Of a stretch of DNA of 64,000 nt, positions 37,803-46,449 are shown piece after piece. Made by a program: the position numbers and the translations under genes. How positions within the stretch are numbered: the first letter of the stretch is position 1; each line of letters opens with the position of its first letter. Location: positions 51,539-115,538 of IMG/VR virus record IMGVR_UViG_3300026078_000021. One strand, written 5' to 3'. Below the pieces are notes generated by a model. That model was not told the origin of the DNA, searched no databases, and saw only the letters and a program-made list of their open reading frames with translations. The DNA comes from a virus (taxonomy: Duplodnaviria; Heunggongvirae; Uroviricota; Caudoviricetes).

Positions 37803-37860
37803 GGTTGCGGTTCCTTCCGTGTGCCGTAGGATAGGTCCAACATTACTCCCGTACTCCATC

Positions 37861-37871
37861 GTGTCAAGCCT
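37861..37871 (-). promoter_or_regulatory. promoter motif AGGCTTGACAC (class 1)
   Basis: ccatcgtgtcaagcctctag; upstream of the gene start at 37802. Confidence 0.45.
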
Positions 37872-37911
37872 CTAGAGGGAGGCGGCCGACACGCCGACCA
37901 GGGGAACCGCC

Positions 37912-38325
37912 ATGGCAGAGCAAGACAACGCCCGTACATCGGCGAGCGAGCGAGCGCTGCCCGACCTCCCTGCGCCGGCGCGCGCCGGCACCGCTCAGGC
38001 ACCCGGCCGAGCCGGCGGGGAGATCGCCGCGCCCGCGACCAGGAAAGCGCTGCGTGACCTGGGCCCCGAGCAGCACGGGCGGCCCGTCGGCGGCGACCGG
38101 GACGGGCAGTGGGCCAAGCGCCGCTGCCAGGAAAGCCAAGGCCCCGCCGGGCCGACCCCCGAACCGCCGAACTGGAGCAACTGCATGCTCAACAGGGCGA
38201 TAGGGCCCAATGGTGGGCCGGTGCACATCCCGCCGGGCTGGCGCTGCCCGCTCTCCCCGTGCTGTGGCATGGGAAGCCTGATGGGTGTCCTGGAAGCCGT
38301 CGCGGGGGAAACCCGGCCCCAATAA
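37912..38325 (+). CDS. hypothetical protein (one of the few plus-strand genes)
   Basis: 137 aa; stop lies immediately before the AT-rich palindromic element. Confidence 0.35.
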   Translation: MAEQDNARTSASERALPDLPAPARAGTAQAPGRAGGEIAAPATRKALRDLGPEQHGRPVGGDRDGQWAKRRCQESQGPAGPTPEPPNWSNCMLNRAIGPNGGPVHIPPGWRCPLSPCCGMGSLMGVLEAVAGETRPQ

Positions 38326-38406
38326 ATAGCTTTTTACCTGGCTATTAATAGCGAGCGCTAGCGCTAGCGCTAGGGCCCTTTTTGATTTCAATATTGCGCC
38401 CGTATG
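38326..38406. repeat. ~85-bp AT-rich (AGCGCT)x3 palindromic element; copy 2 of 2
   Basis: aataaatagctttttacctggctattaatagcgagcgctagcgctagcgctagggccctttttgatttcaatattgcgcccgtatgg. Confidence 0.65.
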
Positions 38407-38427
38407 GCGTGTGCGCGGCGCGGCGCG

Positions 38428-38838
38428 CTACGAACGCGGCGGTGTGCTCACGAACTCCCCGTGCTGCTCGCAGAGCCCGATCACGCGCCCCTGGGTGCGC
38501 ACGATGCGCGAGGCGGGCGCCGTGCACGGGTACCAGGGCTTAACCGGGCACTGCACCAAGTCTGCGAACTGGCACGCGAGCCGTCTGCTGTGATCCAGGC
38601 TGCTCGCCCACAGCCGCATACGCGCCGGCCAGGTGGCCCCGGCGACCTCGGCGACCTTCGCGAGCGTGAAGAACGGCACGGTGAGCGGCCAGGTGACGCA
38701 CGCGAGCACGAGGCCGACGATGACAGCGGGCGTGGGCGTACCGGGGCCCGGTGCCCGGAGGGCGAGGTACACGGCGCGGGCCGTGAGCACGAGGGCGGTG
38801 GATGCCTCGCCGATGAGGTAGAGCGCTGCGACCGGCAT
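38428..38838 (-). CDS. hypothetical membrane protein
   Basis: 136 aa with two hydrophobic helices. Confidence 0.35.
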   Translation of the reverse strand: MPVAALYLIGEASTALVLTARAVYLALRAPGPGTPTPAVIVGLVLACVTWPLTVPFFTLAKVAEVAGATWPARMRLWASSLDHSRRLACQFADLVQCPVKPWYPCTAPASRIVRTQGRVIGLCEQHGEFVSTPPRS

Positions 38839-38896
38839 GCCGCCACCCTAGCCGAACAGCGTGGCGCGCGGGCATAAACACCCCAAGGCGCCCCCC

Positions 38897-39874
38897 TTAG
38901 CCGAGCGCCGCCGCGACCAGGTGCGCCGGGTCGCGCTCCAGGCGGCGCGCGGCCCGCTGGTAGCGGCGGGTGGTGCGCGGGTCGGCGTGTCCCATCGCGT
39001 CCTGTAGATCGTCGAGATCCGCGCCGCGCTCGGTCGCGATCGTGGCGAAGGTGTGGCGCAGCGCGTGCGGGGTCACGGCGGTGGGGTCGGGCAGCCCGGC
39101 CTCCTGTGCGAGGCGGCGCACGAGGCGGAACACCTCGCTTCGGTCGACGGCCTTGCCGCCGGAGGTGACGAACACCAGCCCTGTCAGGTCCTTGACACGT
39201 ACCCCGGCTTGTTTGGCGCGCGCCTTGAGGTACACGTCCAGTACGGTGCCGGTAGCGACGGGCACGGCGCGGGCGATCCTTTTGCCGCCCTTGCCGCGTA
39301 CGGTGACGGTGCGCATGCCCTTGGCGGTGCTGAATGCGTCGAGCGGGAGTTTGCACACCTCGCTGACTCGAATGCCCAGTTGCAGCATGAGGCGGACCAT
39401 GACGGCGTCGCGTAGGGCGTTGGGGGTTTCGCGCTGGTCGGCGTGCTCGATCAGGCGGCGGGCGGATGCCTCGTCGAGCCACGCGGTGGGGGAGTAGTCC
39501 CGGTCGACCTTGGGGCGTTGCGCGGCGGCGAACGGGTTGCGCTCGTGCTCGTCGCAGGCGATCAGGTGCCGGTACCAGGAGGAGACCGCCGCCATGCGCC
39601 GCGCGGCGCTGGCCTCGGACAGGGGCCGGGGGTTTGCGCGGGAGTCTTGGAGCCAGGCGCCGAACAGGTCGGCGTCGGGTTTGCGCGCGGTCAGCACGTG
39701 CACGCCGCGCTCGGCGCAGAACGCGCCCCAGGCGCGCAGGTCGCGGGCGTAGGCCTCGCGGGTGTTGGGGCGTTTGGTCAGCAGCCACGCGGCGGTGGCT
39801 TCGGCGATGGGGTCTTGGTCGCGGGTGTCGTAGGGGTGCAGGGCGGTGTTAGTGGTGGCGATGGTGGTGTTCAT
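38897..39874 (-). CDS. int: tyrosine-type site-specific recombinase/integrase (XerC/D-like)
   Basis: R...HxxR...Y catalytic residues: 'ALRDAVMVRLMLQLGIRVSE', 'HALRHTFAT', 'GHADPRTTRRY'. Confidence 0.85.
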   Translation of the reverse strand: MNTTIATTNTALHPYDTRDQDPIAEATAAWLLTKRPNTREAYARDLRAWGAFCAERGVHVLTARKPDADLFGAWLQDSRANPRPLSEASAARRMAAVSSWYRHLIACDEHERNPFAAAQRPKVDRDYSPTAWLDEASARRLIEHADQRETPNALRDAVMVRLMLQLGIRVSEVCKLPLDAFSTAKGMRTVTVRGKGGKRIARAVPVATGTVLDVYLKARAKQAGVRVKDLTGLVFVTSGGKAVDRSEVFRLVRRLAQEAGLPDPTAVTPHALRHTFATIATERGADLDDLQDAMGHADPRTTRRYQRAARRLERDPAHLVAAALG

Positions 39875-39916
39875 GGTGGGCTCCCCGGAAAACACAGTCA
39901 CGCGTCGCGCGCAACA

Positions 39917-39927
39917 GTGTCAAGCCT
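39917..39927 (-). promoter_or_regulatory. promoter motif AGGCTTGACAC (class 1)
   Basis: gcaacagtgtcaagcctacc; upstream of the integrase start. Confidence 0.45.
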
Positions 39928-40207
39928 ACCTTGTTCAGTGCCGCCTGCGCCAGAGGCACAGCCGACGGCCCCAGCAGGCCGAACGCCACCGCGAGCACGC
40001 CCGTCACCACCAGCCACGTCGCATTCGGCCCCAGGGGCGTGGGCACGAACGCGGCGAACACCAGTCCCCACGTCGTCGCCACGGCACCTGTGGCGAACGC
40101 GTAAACCCACGTCGCAAGATCAAAGAAACCGCGCATCACGCCTCCACCGGTACGACAATAAGACGTCTCAGCGTAGCGGGGCGCGGACCGGCGGCGCGGC
40201 GTATCGC

Positions 40208-40588
40208 CTACCCGCTGACGTACCAGCCTTTGCCGGTCACCGGGTAGAGCAGGCCCTCGCGCTCAAGGTCGTGCAGGACACGGCGCAACGTGGAACGCGT
40301 GACGTGCAACTGCGCCGCCCAGGCCAGTTCCGACGGCAACCTGGCGTGCGTGCCCTCAAGCGCGCGGGCCGCCGCCACCTGCTCGCGTACCTGCGCTTTG
40401 ATGCCCTCGGCGATTCTCACGAGTCCGCTCCGTCCGGCGCGGGCGCCCACACCACGGTCACGGGCCGGATCGCCTCCCACACCTCGCGGCTGGCCTCGTA
40501 CGCGCTGTCGAGTACCAGCCGGGTGTGGTGGCGTGCGCACTGCATGTACGGTCTGCGTTTGCGCGCCGGATTCAGTGCGATCTGCCAC
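40208..40588 (-). CDS. GntR-type winged-HTH regulator (start uncertain)
   Basis: 'LPSELAWAAQLHVTRSTLRRVLHDLEREGLLYPVTGKGWYV'. Confidence 0.55.
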   Translation of the reverse strand: MADRTESGAQTQTVHAVRTPPHPAGTRQRVRGQPRGVGGDPARDRGVGARAGRSGLVRIAEGIKAQVREQVAAARALEGTHARLPSELAWAAQLHVTRSTLRRVLHDLEREGLLYPVTGKGWYVSG

Positions 40589-40744
40589 GCCCGTTCGGCG
40601 TTGTCGCGCAGGATCGTGCCGGGCGGCAGCAGCGCGGCGGTGTCGATGTCGTGGTAGACGTCGTCGGGTTGCGGGACGATCAGGCCCGCCAGGCGGGTTT
40701 CCCCGGCGGTGGGCGGCTCGGCGTTCAGCGGCACGCGTGATCCT

Positions 40745-40906
40745 TCAGGTGTTCCAGACGCCCAGGATGGGGCGGTAGCAGCGGCGGCATTGCAGGCGCG
40801 GGCGCCCGTCGTCGGTGCCGATGCGCACGGGTTGGCATGACTCGCAGCGCTCGATCGGTGCCAGCGCTGTGAAGCGCACAAGTAGCGCGATGTCGAGCAT
40901 GGGCAT
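40745..40906 (-). CDS. small zinc-ribbon protein (53 aa)
   Basis: MPMLDIALLVRFTALAPIERCESCQPVRIGTDDGRPRLQCRRCYRPILGVWNT. Confidence 0.4.
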   Translation of the reverse strand: MPMLDIALLVRFTALAPIERCESCQPVRIGTDDGRPRLQCRRCYRPILGVWNT

Positions 40907-40968
40907 GGAAGTGTCCTTCCGGTGCATGCGTTGAGTGTGCCGCAACTTACTCTGCGTGCTGGCCTGTG

Positions 40969-41262
40969 TCAAGCAGTGCGGGCGACGCGGGCCGCGTGGT
41001 CGGCGGCGTTCGCGGCGCTTTTCGCCGCGCGGCACACGGGACACCGGCAGGCGTAGTTGGCGTAACCGCCCAGGCCGTGCGGGATCTGGTCCTGCGGCTG
41101 GTCGCGCTGTGCCTCTCTCCAGCGTGCGGTACGTTCGCTCTGCCACCGTTTACAGTCGCCGCATCGACACCTGGATTTCACGTAGCCGTGCCAGGTGCCG
41201 TGCCACTGCGCCGGGATGTCCGCCACGCGCCGAGCGTAGCAGTGCGCCACCGCGTCAAGCGC
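40969..41262 (-). CDS. zinc-ribbon DNA-binding-like protein sharing the G-x-W/Y-HGY-x-CRC-x2-C motif (start uncertain)
   Basis: 'HGTWHGYVKSRCRCGDCKRW' and 'HGLGGYANYACRCPVCRAA' resemble the motif in 4386..4904. Confidence 0.4.
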   Translation of the reverse strand, partial: ALDAVAHCYARRVADIPAQWHGTWHGYVKSRCRCGDCKRWQSERTARWREAQRDQPQDQIPHGLGGYANYACRCPVCRAAKSAANAADHAARVARTA

Positions 41263-41572
41263 GTCGCGGCGCGTCCCCCATCTGCGTCGTATGATATCTA
41301 CACACGTGTTCGAGCGCGGCGGCCAACGCCGCATCCCACGTCCGGTAGAACAACGGCAGCTCCGGCGGCTTAGGCCACGTGAGCACGTCATCCTCACCCG
41401 GGCAGTACAACCGCCACGTACCCAGCCGCTTACGGATACGCACCCGTGTCCCATCATGCTCGCGGGCGCTACCATGCCCCTCAGTATTACCGGACACGCT
41501 CCCTCTCCAGGAGGCCGATGTGGATACCCCGAGCCAACCCACCAAGCGCACACCGCTGCGCGAGATGAGCAC
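41255..41572 (-). CDS. hypothetical protein
   Basis: 105-aa ORF; the C-terminal half is protein-like. Confidence 0.35.
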   Translation of the reverse strand: MLISRSGVRLVGWLGVSTSASWRGSVSGNTEGHGSAREHDGTRVRIRKRLGTWRLYCPGEDDVLTWPKPPELPLFYRTWDAALAAALEHVCRYHTTQMGDAPRRA

Positions 41573-41712
41573 GAGCGCGACGCCGCTGCCCGCCCCCGCT
41601 TCGCCGACTGCTGGAGGCCGGGTCGCCCCAGCCGCCGGCCTTCAGCTCCTCGATCTAGCCCGCCGCGCTCGACCGAGCCCGGCCCCCGGTGCGGGACCGG
41701 GCCCTGGCCGCC

Positions 41713-43377
41713 TCACCCGTCCGCGCGCGCCTCCCAGGGCCAGCCGCAGGAGACACCCCGGTCCAGCAACGCCATGACCTGGAAACACTTGTCCGAGAAA
41801 CCGCCCAGCTCGAAGCGGCCCGTACGCGTGGAATCGATCTGCGTGTTCGCGTAGCCGGCCGTGTTCCAGGCGAACAGGTTGATGCCCGTCGGCACGATAT
41901 CCGAGAGGGTCTGGTTGTTGGACGCCGCGCGCCCCCACACCGCCGGGTAGTACGCCCACGAGCCCCTGCGCGCCGCCATCGTCTGCATGTCGGAGACGAC
42001 CACGATGCGGCGCAGCGGCGCACCCGAGCCCGTGTCCGGCGCGGCCTTCAGGACGGCGGCGACCGCCTCCAAAGCCTGCGTGCCGTGCCCGACCTCGCCG
42101 ACGCGGGCGCAGAACGCCTCCGTCTGCTTCAGGACACTGCCTCCCGCCGCCAGCTGGTGGTGGAAGAGGCCGTCGGCGAACCCGCACAGTGTCACATCGT
42201 TGCCCGCCGCCGCCAGCGCCACACCGAACAGCGCGCCGACGTCCACGTGCCGCACCACCGACTTACCCGACACCGGCTGCTGCATGGACGCGGAGGTGTC
42301 CACCAGGATCGCGGTGCGCCCCGGCAGCGATGGGATGTTCACGCAGGACAGGCGCAGCGCGATCTCCAGGGCGTGACCCCAGCGCAGAGAGGAGACCTGC
42401 CGGTACGCGGTGTAGAAACGGAACGGGAACTGGCGGGAGCGGCGGATGTCCTCCAGGTTTGTCAGCTTCGCGATCACCCGCTGCGCGGCGGCGTCGCTGA
42501 CCCCGGCCTCATCGAAATTACGCAGGTTACGCACCAGCGCCATCGCGCCCATCGACGGGATGATCGCCTCCCACGCCGCCTTGTCCATCGGGCCGAGACT
42601 GGAGAGCTGCTCCCAGGTCATGCCGGCCTTACGCAGCCGCTCTGGGTCGGCCAGGAAATAGGCGCGCCGGTCCTTCTCAGACATAACCATCGCGGCGCGG
42701 TACGCGCTCAGGGTCGGCAGGCGGTCCGTGACGCGCACCTGCTCGCGGTTCCAGCGCCGGTCGGCCAGGTAGTCGAACAGGTCGGCCTGCCACGGCCCGG
42801 CCGGGTACGGCTTAGCGAGGGCGACGGCGTCGATCTGCCGCCACAGCGAACCCACGCCGTCGTACTTGAGGGCGGCGCGCTCGTTGTACAGGCGGGTGAT
42901 CGCGTCGGCGACGCCGCGCTGCACCCCGCCGGGCAGCGAGCGGATGCCGGCGCGCGAACGCCAGTAGGCGATGAACTCGCACGGCTCGTCCGGGCGCGCC
43001 AGCGCGGAGTCGATCACCTTGCGGGTGGGGTGCGTCGCGGGCGCGGCGCCGGGCGCGCGGCGCGCCAGGGCGTATTCGGCTGCCGCGACGACGGACGCGG
43101 AGCGCATCCCGGCCTCGGTGCGCAGCCAGGGAATGAAAGCGGCCACCCAGTCCGGGTCGGTGCGCGCGACCGCACCGATCAGGCCACGGAAGCGCTGGTC
43201 GCGCTCGCCGGCCTTCTCGTAGAAGCTGTCCTCGCCGACCATGTTGGAGATGGCGAGCATGAACAGCTCGGAGCGCTCATCGCGCTTGTATGCCGTGTTG
43301 CCCTCATGGGTGAGGGCGGGGCCGGTGGTGGTGACCGGTCCGGTCACGCGCGGGCGAACGGAGGTGAACTTACCCAT
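41713..43377 (-). CDS. rsr: Ro60 orthologue (Rsr): TROVE domain plus C-terminal vWA/MIDAS domain
   Basis: 554 aa. TROVE-like N-terminal region and 'ILVDTSASM' (DxSxS MIDAS) in the C-terminal vWA domain. tRNA-like Y-RNA-type modules are immediately adjacent. Confidence 0.75.
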   Translation of the reverse strand: MGKFTSVRPRVTGPVTTTGPALTHEGNTAYKRDERSELFMLAISNMVGEDSFYEKAGERDQRFRGLIGAVARTDPDWVAAFIPWLRTEAGMRSASVVAAAEYALARRAPGAAPATHPTRKVIDSALARPDEPCEFIAYWRSRAGIRSLPGGVQRGVADAITRLYNERAALKYDGVGSLWRQIDAVALAKPYPAGPWQADLFDYLADRRWNREQVRVTDRLPTLSAYRAAMVMSEKDRRAYFLADPERLRKAGMTWEQLSSLGPMDKAAWEAIIPSMGAMALVRNLRNFDEAGVSDAAAQRVIAKLTNLEDIRRSRQFPFRFYTAYRQVSSLRWGHALEIALRLSCVNIPSLPGRTAILVDTSASMQQPVSGKSVVRHVDVGALFGVALAAAGNDVTLCGFADGLFHHQLAAGGSVLKQTEAFCARVGEVGHGTQALEAVAAVLKAAPDTGSGAPLRRIVVVSDMQTMAARRGSWAYYPAVWGRAASNNQTLSDIVPTGINLFAWNTAGYANTQIDSTRTGRFELGGFSDKCFQVMALLDRGVSCGWPWEARADG

Positions 43378-43399
43378 GGGTCGTCCTCGTGCAGGGGAA

Positions 43400-43540
43400 A
43401 CGATGGACGGGCCGACCCCGGTGCGCCTTCACGCGAGTGCCCATCGTCCTGGCTACGCTGCTCTACCGTTGAGCTACACGGCCGCGTGGCCGCGCATGGA
43501 TTCGAACCATGAACCAGCCGATTAACAGTCGGAAGTAGGC
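43400..43540 (-). ncRNA. Y-RNA-like ncRNA 1 (tRNA-like module at 43459-43533; retains a GUU anticodon stem-loop)
   Basis: Layout is D-arm (GCUCAACGGUAGAGC), acceptor 5' strand GGCCGUG, 4-nt loop, acceptor 3' strand CGCGGCC, T-arm CAUGG-UUCGAAU-CCAUG. The two halves of a tRNA-Asn-like sequence are permuted and the acceptor stem is closed by a loop. Confidence 0.5.
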
Positions 43541-43559
43541 CAGGGCTGCGCTTCGCGTG

Positions 43560-43700
43560 AAGGCGCTGTGGAGTTGTGCACAGGTTGGTTCGCGAGTGCC
43601 TAGGCGCGTAGGACACGTAGGCGCTCTATCCACTGAGCTACAAGGGCCACGTCGGGCCCCCGGCGGGATTCGAACCCGCGACCTCCCGCTCCCAAAGCGA
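43560..43700 (-). ncRNA. Y-RNA-like ncRNA 2 (tRNA-like module 43621-43679)
   Basis: D-arm GCUCAGUGGAUAGAGC, acceptor GCCCUUG/CGGGGGC closed by an 8-nt loop, T-arm GCGGG-UUCGAAU-CCCGC. Confidence 0.45.
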
Positions 43701-43759
43701 AGTAACCCACGCTATCGCTTCGCGAACCAACCTGTGTTCGGCCCGGCCGCGAGGCGACC

Positions 43760-43900
43760 GGTGACAACCGCACCATGAGAGACCGGCGAGTTCCAGCGAA
43801 CGAGGGGAGTGGAACTCTCATGCTCTACCAAATGAGCTATAAATGCGAAGTTAGTGCATTTAACTGGATTCGAACCGGTTACCTTGAGAAGGAACCCCGT
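43760..43900 (-). ncRNA. Y-RNA-like ncRNA 3 (tRNA-like module 43822-43880)
   Basis: D-arm GCUCAUUUGGUAGAGC, perfect 7-bp acceptor GCAUUUA/UAAAUGC closed by a 9-nt loop, T-arm ACCGG-UUCGAAU-CCAGU. Confidence 0.45.
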
Positions 43901-44033
43901 CCAGCGCTTCGCCGATCCATCACTATGCGGTTGTCAGGGTGCTGCGAGTGCCTGGTCACGGGGGTTTGGGCTCTCAATTCCCAAAGGATGGCTGAGAAGT
44001 ATCCCCCGCGTTCGCTTCGCGGCACCGCTCAAC

Positions 44034-44365
44034 CTACCCGCGAGCGCCACACCGTGCAAGCCTGTTGATTTGCTCATATGATAGCCCCGGCCGCGCGACG
44101 GCCCCCGCCACAGCCAGCGCACAGTCCGACCAGCCCGCCTCATAGCCCTGCCGGTACAACCCCTCGCCGTCCGTGAGGCCGTAGAGAAACAGGACGCTGA
44201 CGTTGCATGCCTGCGCGATCGCAAGCAGCTTGCCGGCGGGGGGCTCGTGCTGACCGCGCTCCCAGTTAGTCATCGTGGGGCTGCTCACGCCGACGCGCCG
44301 CGCCAGTTCCCGCTGACTGATGCCCGCCCCGCTTCGGGCGCGGGCGATGTTCCCACCCAGGCTCA
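44034..44365 (-). CDS. XRE-family HTH regulator (GTG start)
   Basis: 'ISQRELARRVGVSSPTMTNWERGQHEP'. Confidence 0.6.
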
Positions 44366-44602
44366 CGGCAGGACCACGTTGGGCACGGTGAACTCCTCGG
44401 CACCGCGCTCCAGCCACACCAGCAGCGAGAGCAGGCCGTCCGCGTCCGGGCAGCGCCCCTGTTTGATCCGCGTGATGGTGGAAGCGCTGACCCCGACCTG
44501 CGCGGCGACGTGTCTTAGCGTCACCCCTTGCTTGAACGCGCGCGCGAATATCGCGAGGAACAGCGCCTCGGTATCAAGACGATGAGTCGCCAACGTGCTC
44601 AT
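44363..44602 (-). CDS. XRE-family HTH regulator
   Basis: 'VTLRHVAAQVGVSASTITRIKQGR'; 79 aa. Confidence 0.6.
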   Translation of the reverse strand: MSTLATHRLDTEALFLAIFARAFKQGVTLRHVAAQVGVSASTITRIKQGRCPDADGLLSLLVWLERGAEEFTVPNVVLP

Positions 44603-44825
44603 ACGATAGCATCCATGCTGTTCGGCGCCACCGGCAGCAACATCGACTCCCAGTAGCCGATCAGCTCACGCAGCCGCTCCTGGAACGCCGGCTCACCACT
44701 GCGCGCCAGGATGTACCGCTCCACCGCCTCGCGGATGATCTGCGCCATAGGGCGGCCCTCCGCAAGCGCGAACGCCTCCAGCCGCGCGTACAAATGCCCG
44801 TCCAGGCGCACCGTGAGCACATGCA
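44599..44825 (-). CDS. ribbon-helix-helix (CopG/Arc-like) DNA-binding protein
   Basis: Met 44825; 'MHVLTVRLDGHLYARLEAFALAEGRPMAQIIREAVERYI'. Confidence 0.55.
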
Positions 44826-44944
44826 TGCGGGTCACGCGTTCCTCCCGGGAAACAGGGGCGGCCGAGCGCGACTTATATCCATTCGCGCCCGGCCTTGTAT
44901 GGGTCATTTTTCAAGTAACCGTTCACCCATGAACATCACGCCGA

Positions 44945-45045
44945 CGGCGTTTAAGGACAGGAATGAGGCTGAAAACGCGACGAGCTACCGACTGCTCCAC
45001 CCCGCCACGAAAGAGGCGGGGCCAGGGCTCGAACCTGGGACCTTC
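44945..45045 (-). ncRNA. Y-RNA-like ncRNA 4 (tRNA-like module 44979-45038)
   Basis: D-arm GAGCAGUCGGUAGCUC, acceptor GGCGGGG/CCCCGCC closed by an 8-nt loop, T-arm CCAGG-UUCGAGC-CCUGG. Confidence 0.45.
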
Positions 45046-45099
45046 GCGACATGACCTGTCCGGTCGATTCGGCGTGCGGTGCTGCTGCTGAGACCTAGA

Positions 45100-45200
45100 G
45101 CGAAACGCTGACCGGCCTGCCTTTCGGGCTGCCTCTACCAGTTGGGCTACCTCCGCACGCGTGCGGGGGGCAGGATTCGAACCTGCACTGATCGGCCTGA
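45100..45200 (-). ncRNA. Y-RNA-like ncRNA 5 (tRNA-like module 45131-45186)
   Basis: Degenerate D-arm GCCCAACUGGUAGAGG, acceptor GCGGAGG/CCCCCGC closed by a 6-nt loop, T-arm GCAGG-UUCGAAU-CCUGC. Confidence 0.4.
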
Positions 45201-45275
45201 CGTGAACGCTGAGCATGAGTCTCAAGCTTGCGCCCTGCGGGCGCGTCCCGGCGCTCAAACCGGGAGTCTAGGGGT

Positions 45276-46019
45276 TTACGCCAGCAGATAGGCCAGCAGC
45301 CGCTCGCCGACCTGCTGGTTCTCCACGCTCTGCGCGTTGGCCTGCTCGCGCGCGTACTTGACAGCTTTGAGCAGCTTCTCGCAGCGCCCCGTCAGTTCGC
45401 GCACCCGCGTGGCCGGCAGCGCGCCGGAGGAGCGCACCGCGCTCCACTCGCCGACCACTGTGTCCTCGTAGTACACCTCGACCTGCGCCGGGTGCTTCTC
45501 GGTCGCCTCGGCCTTGACGTGGTTGCGCGGCACCTTGCGGGTACGGAAGGTCACGGCGGGCGCGGTGCGGCTCACACCGAAGTCGTACGGGTCGGCCTGC
45601 CACTCGTAGGCCGGGTCCAGCGTGGGCAGCTTGCGCAGCACGGTCTCAAGGTCGGTGAGCTGCTTGTGCAGGAACAGCAGGTAACCGACCGGGGCGTCTT
45701 TGACCAGCACCTCGCCGTCCACGACGACGTCGGCTTTGACCAGGGTGTTGCCCCACTCGCGGGTGGCCTCGACGTCGAAGAGTTCGACCAGGCGTGCTCG
45801 CGCGTCGCCCAGCGCCTCTTCCACGCGCAGTTGTACACGGGTGGACTCAGGCGGCAGTTGTTCGCCGTTCTCGTCGTCGCGGCGGGTGTAAACCCGGTGC
45901 AGGCCGTCGAGCTTGGTGTTGCTGGTGCGCTGAATCTCGTGGTAGAGGTCGGTCAACTCCCGGCCGACGCGGTTTTTCAGGCTGCGCTCATGCGCAACGA
46001 CTTGACATAGCTGCGGCAT
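45276..46019 (-). CDS. hypothetical protein
   Basis: 247-aa ORF with good coding character. Confidence 0.5.
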   Translation of the reverse strand: MPQLCQVVAHERSLKNRVGRELTDLYHEIQRTSNTKLDGLHRVYTRRDDENGEQLPPESTRVQLRVEEALGDARARLVELFDVEATREWGNTLVKADVVVDGEVLVKDAPVGYLLFLHKQLTDLETVLRKLPTLDPAYEWQADPYDFGVSRTAPAVTFRTRKVPRNHVKAEATEKHPAQVEVYYEDTVVGEWSAVRSSGALPATRVRELTGRCEKLLKAVKYAREQANAQSVENQQVGERLLAYLLA

Positions 46020-46161
46020 GCGTGTTCTCCCGCTGATTCGCTGTGTGTTCCACGAACGTAGCCACGGCGCGCAACGGTGTCAAATCATTGGGATTATCGT
46101 CGTTTTCTACGCCGCCAAGGCTCCAGCCAACACCCCGGGCCATAACGGTCGGATCATAGCA

Positions 46162-46449
46162 TCACAGGGTGCCGGCGTCGCCGCCCCGCGCAACGCAACG
46201 CACGACCGTGCGCCCGTCGTGCCCGTGAATCGCCTCCACGTCCCCAAGGTTTGCGTACCAGCACGACGAGGCGGTGTTCGTCGCCCAACGCAACGCCACC
46301 CACCCATCCGGCATCACCGCACCCCACGCCACCACACCCGTGCCCGACACCCCCGTCACATCCTCCAGGCGCACCAGATCGAACAGGCACCGCCGCTGCG
46401 CGCTCACCGCGCCGCACACCGCAACCACACCCCCAACACCTTGATACAA
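46162..46449 (-). CDS. hypothetical small protein
   Basis: 95 aa; protein-like (LFDLVRLEDVTGVSGTGVVAWGAVMPDGWVALRW...). Confidence 0.3.
   Translation of the reverse strand: MYQGVGGVVAVCGAVSAQRRCLFDLVRLEDVTGVSGTGVVAWGAVMPDGWVALRWATNTASSCWYANLGDVEAIHGHDGRTVVRCVARGGDAGTL

Noticed and set aside
39849-40139. 96-aa membrane-like ORF overlapping the integrase 5' end
   Set aside because: It contains the conserved promoter motif at 39917 and overlaps the integrase start. It is likely an upstream untranslated region. It was not called as a CDS.
43400-43900. Interpretation as circularly permuted, split or intron-containing tRNA genes, or as integration-site tRNA fragments
   Set aside because: The same D-arm, looped acceptor, T-arm layout recurs five times. 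It sits beside a Ro60 gene, which fits Y-RNA tRNA-like modules better than five independent rearrangements. Permuted-tRNA processing cannot be formally excluded.
44945-45260. tmRNA (ssrA) candidate, because of T-arm-like GGATTCGAACC elements
   Set aside because: No tag-peptide reading frame or pseudoknot region is present, and the acceptor strands are adjacent and loop-closed. The region was reassigned to Y-RNA-like modules 4 and 5.
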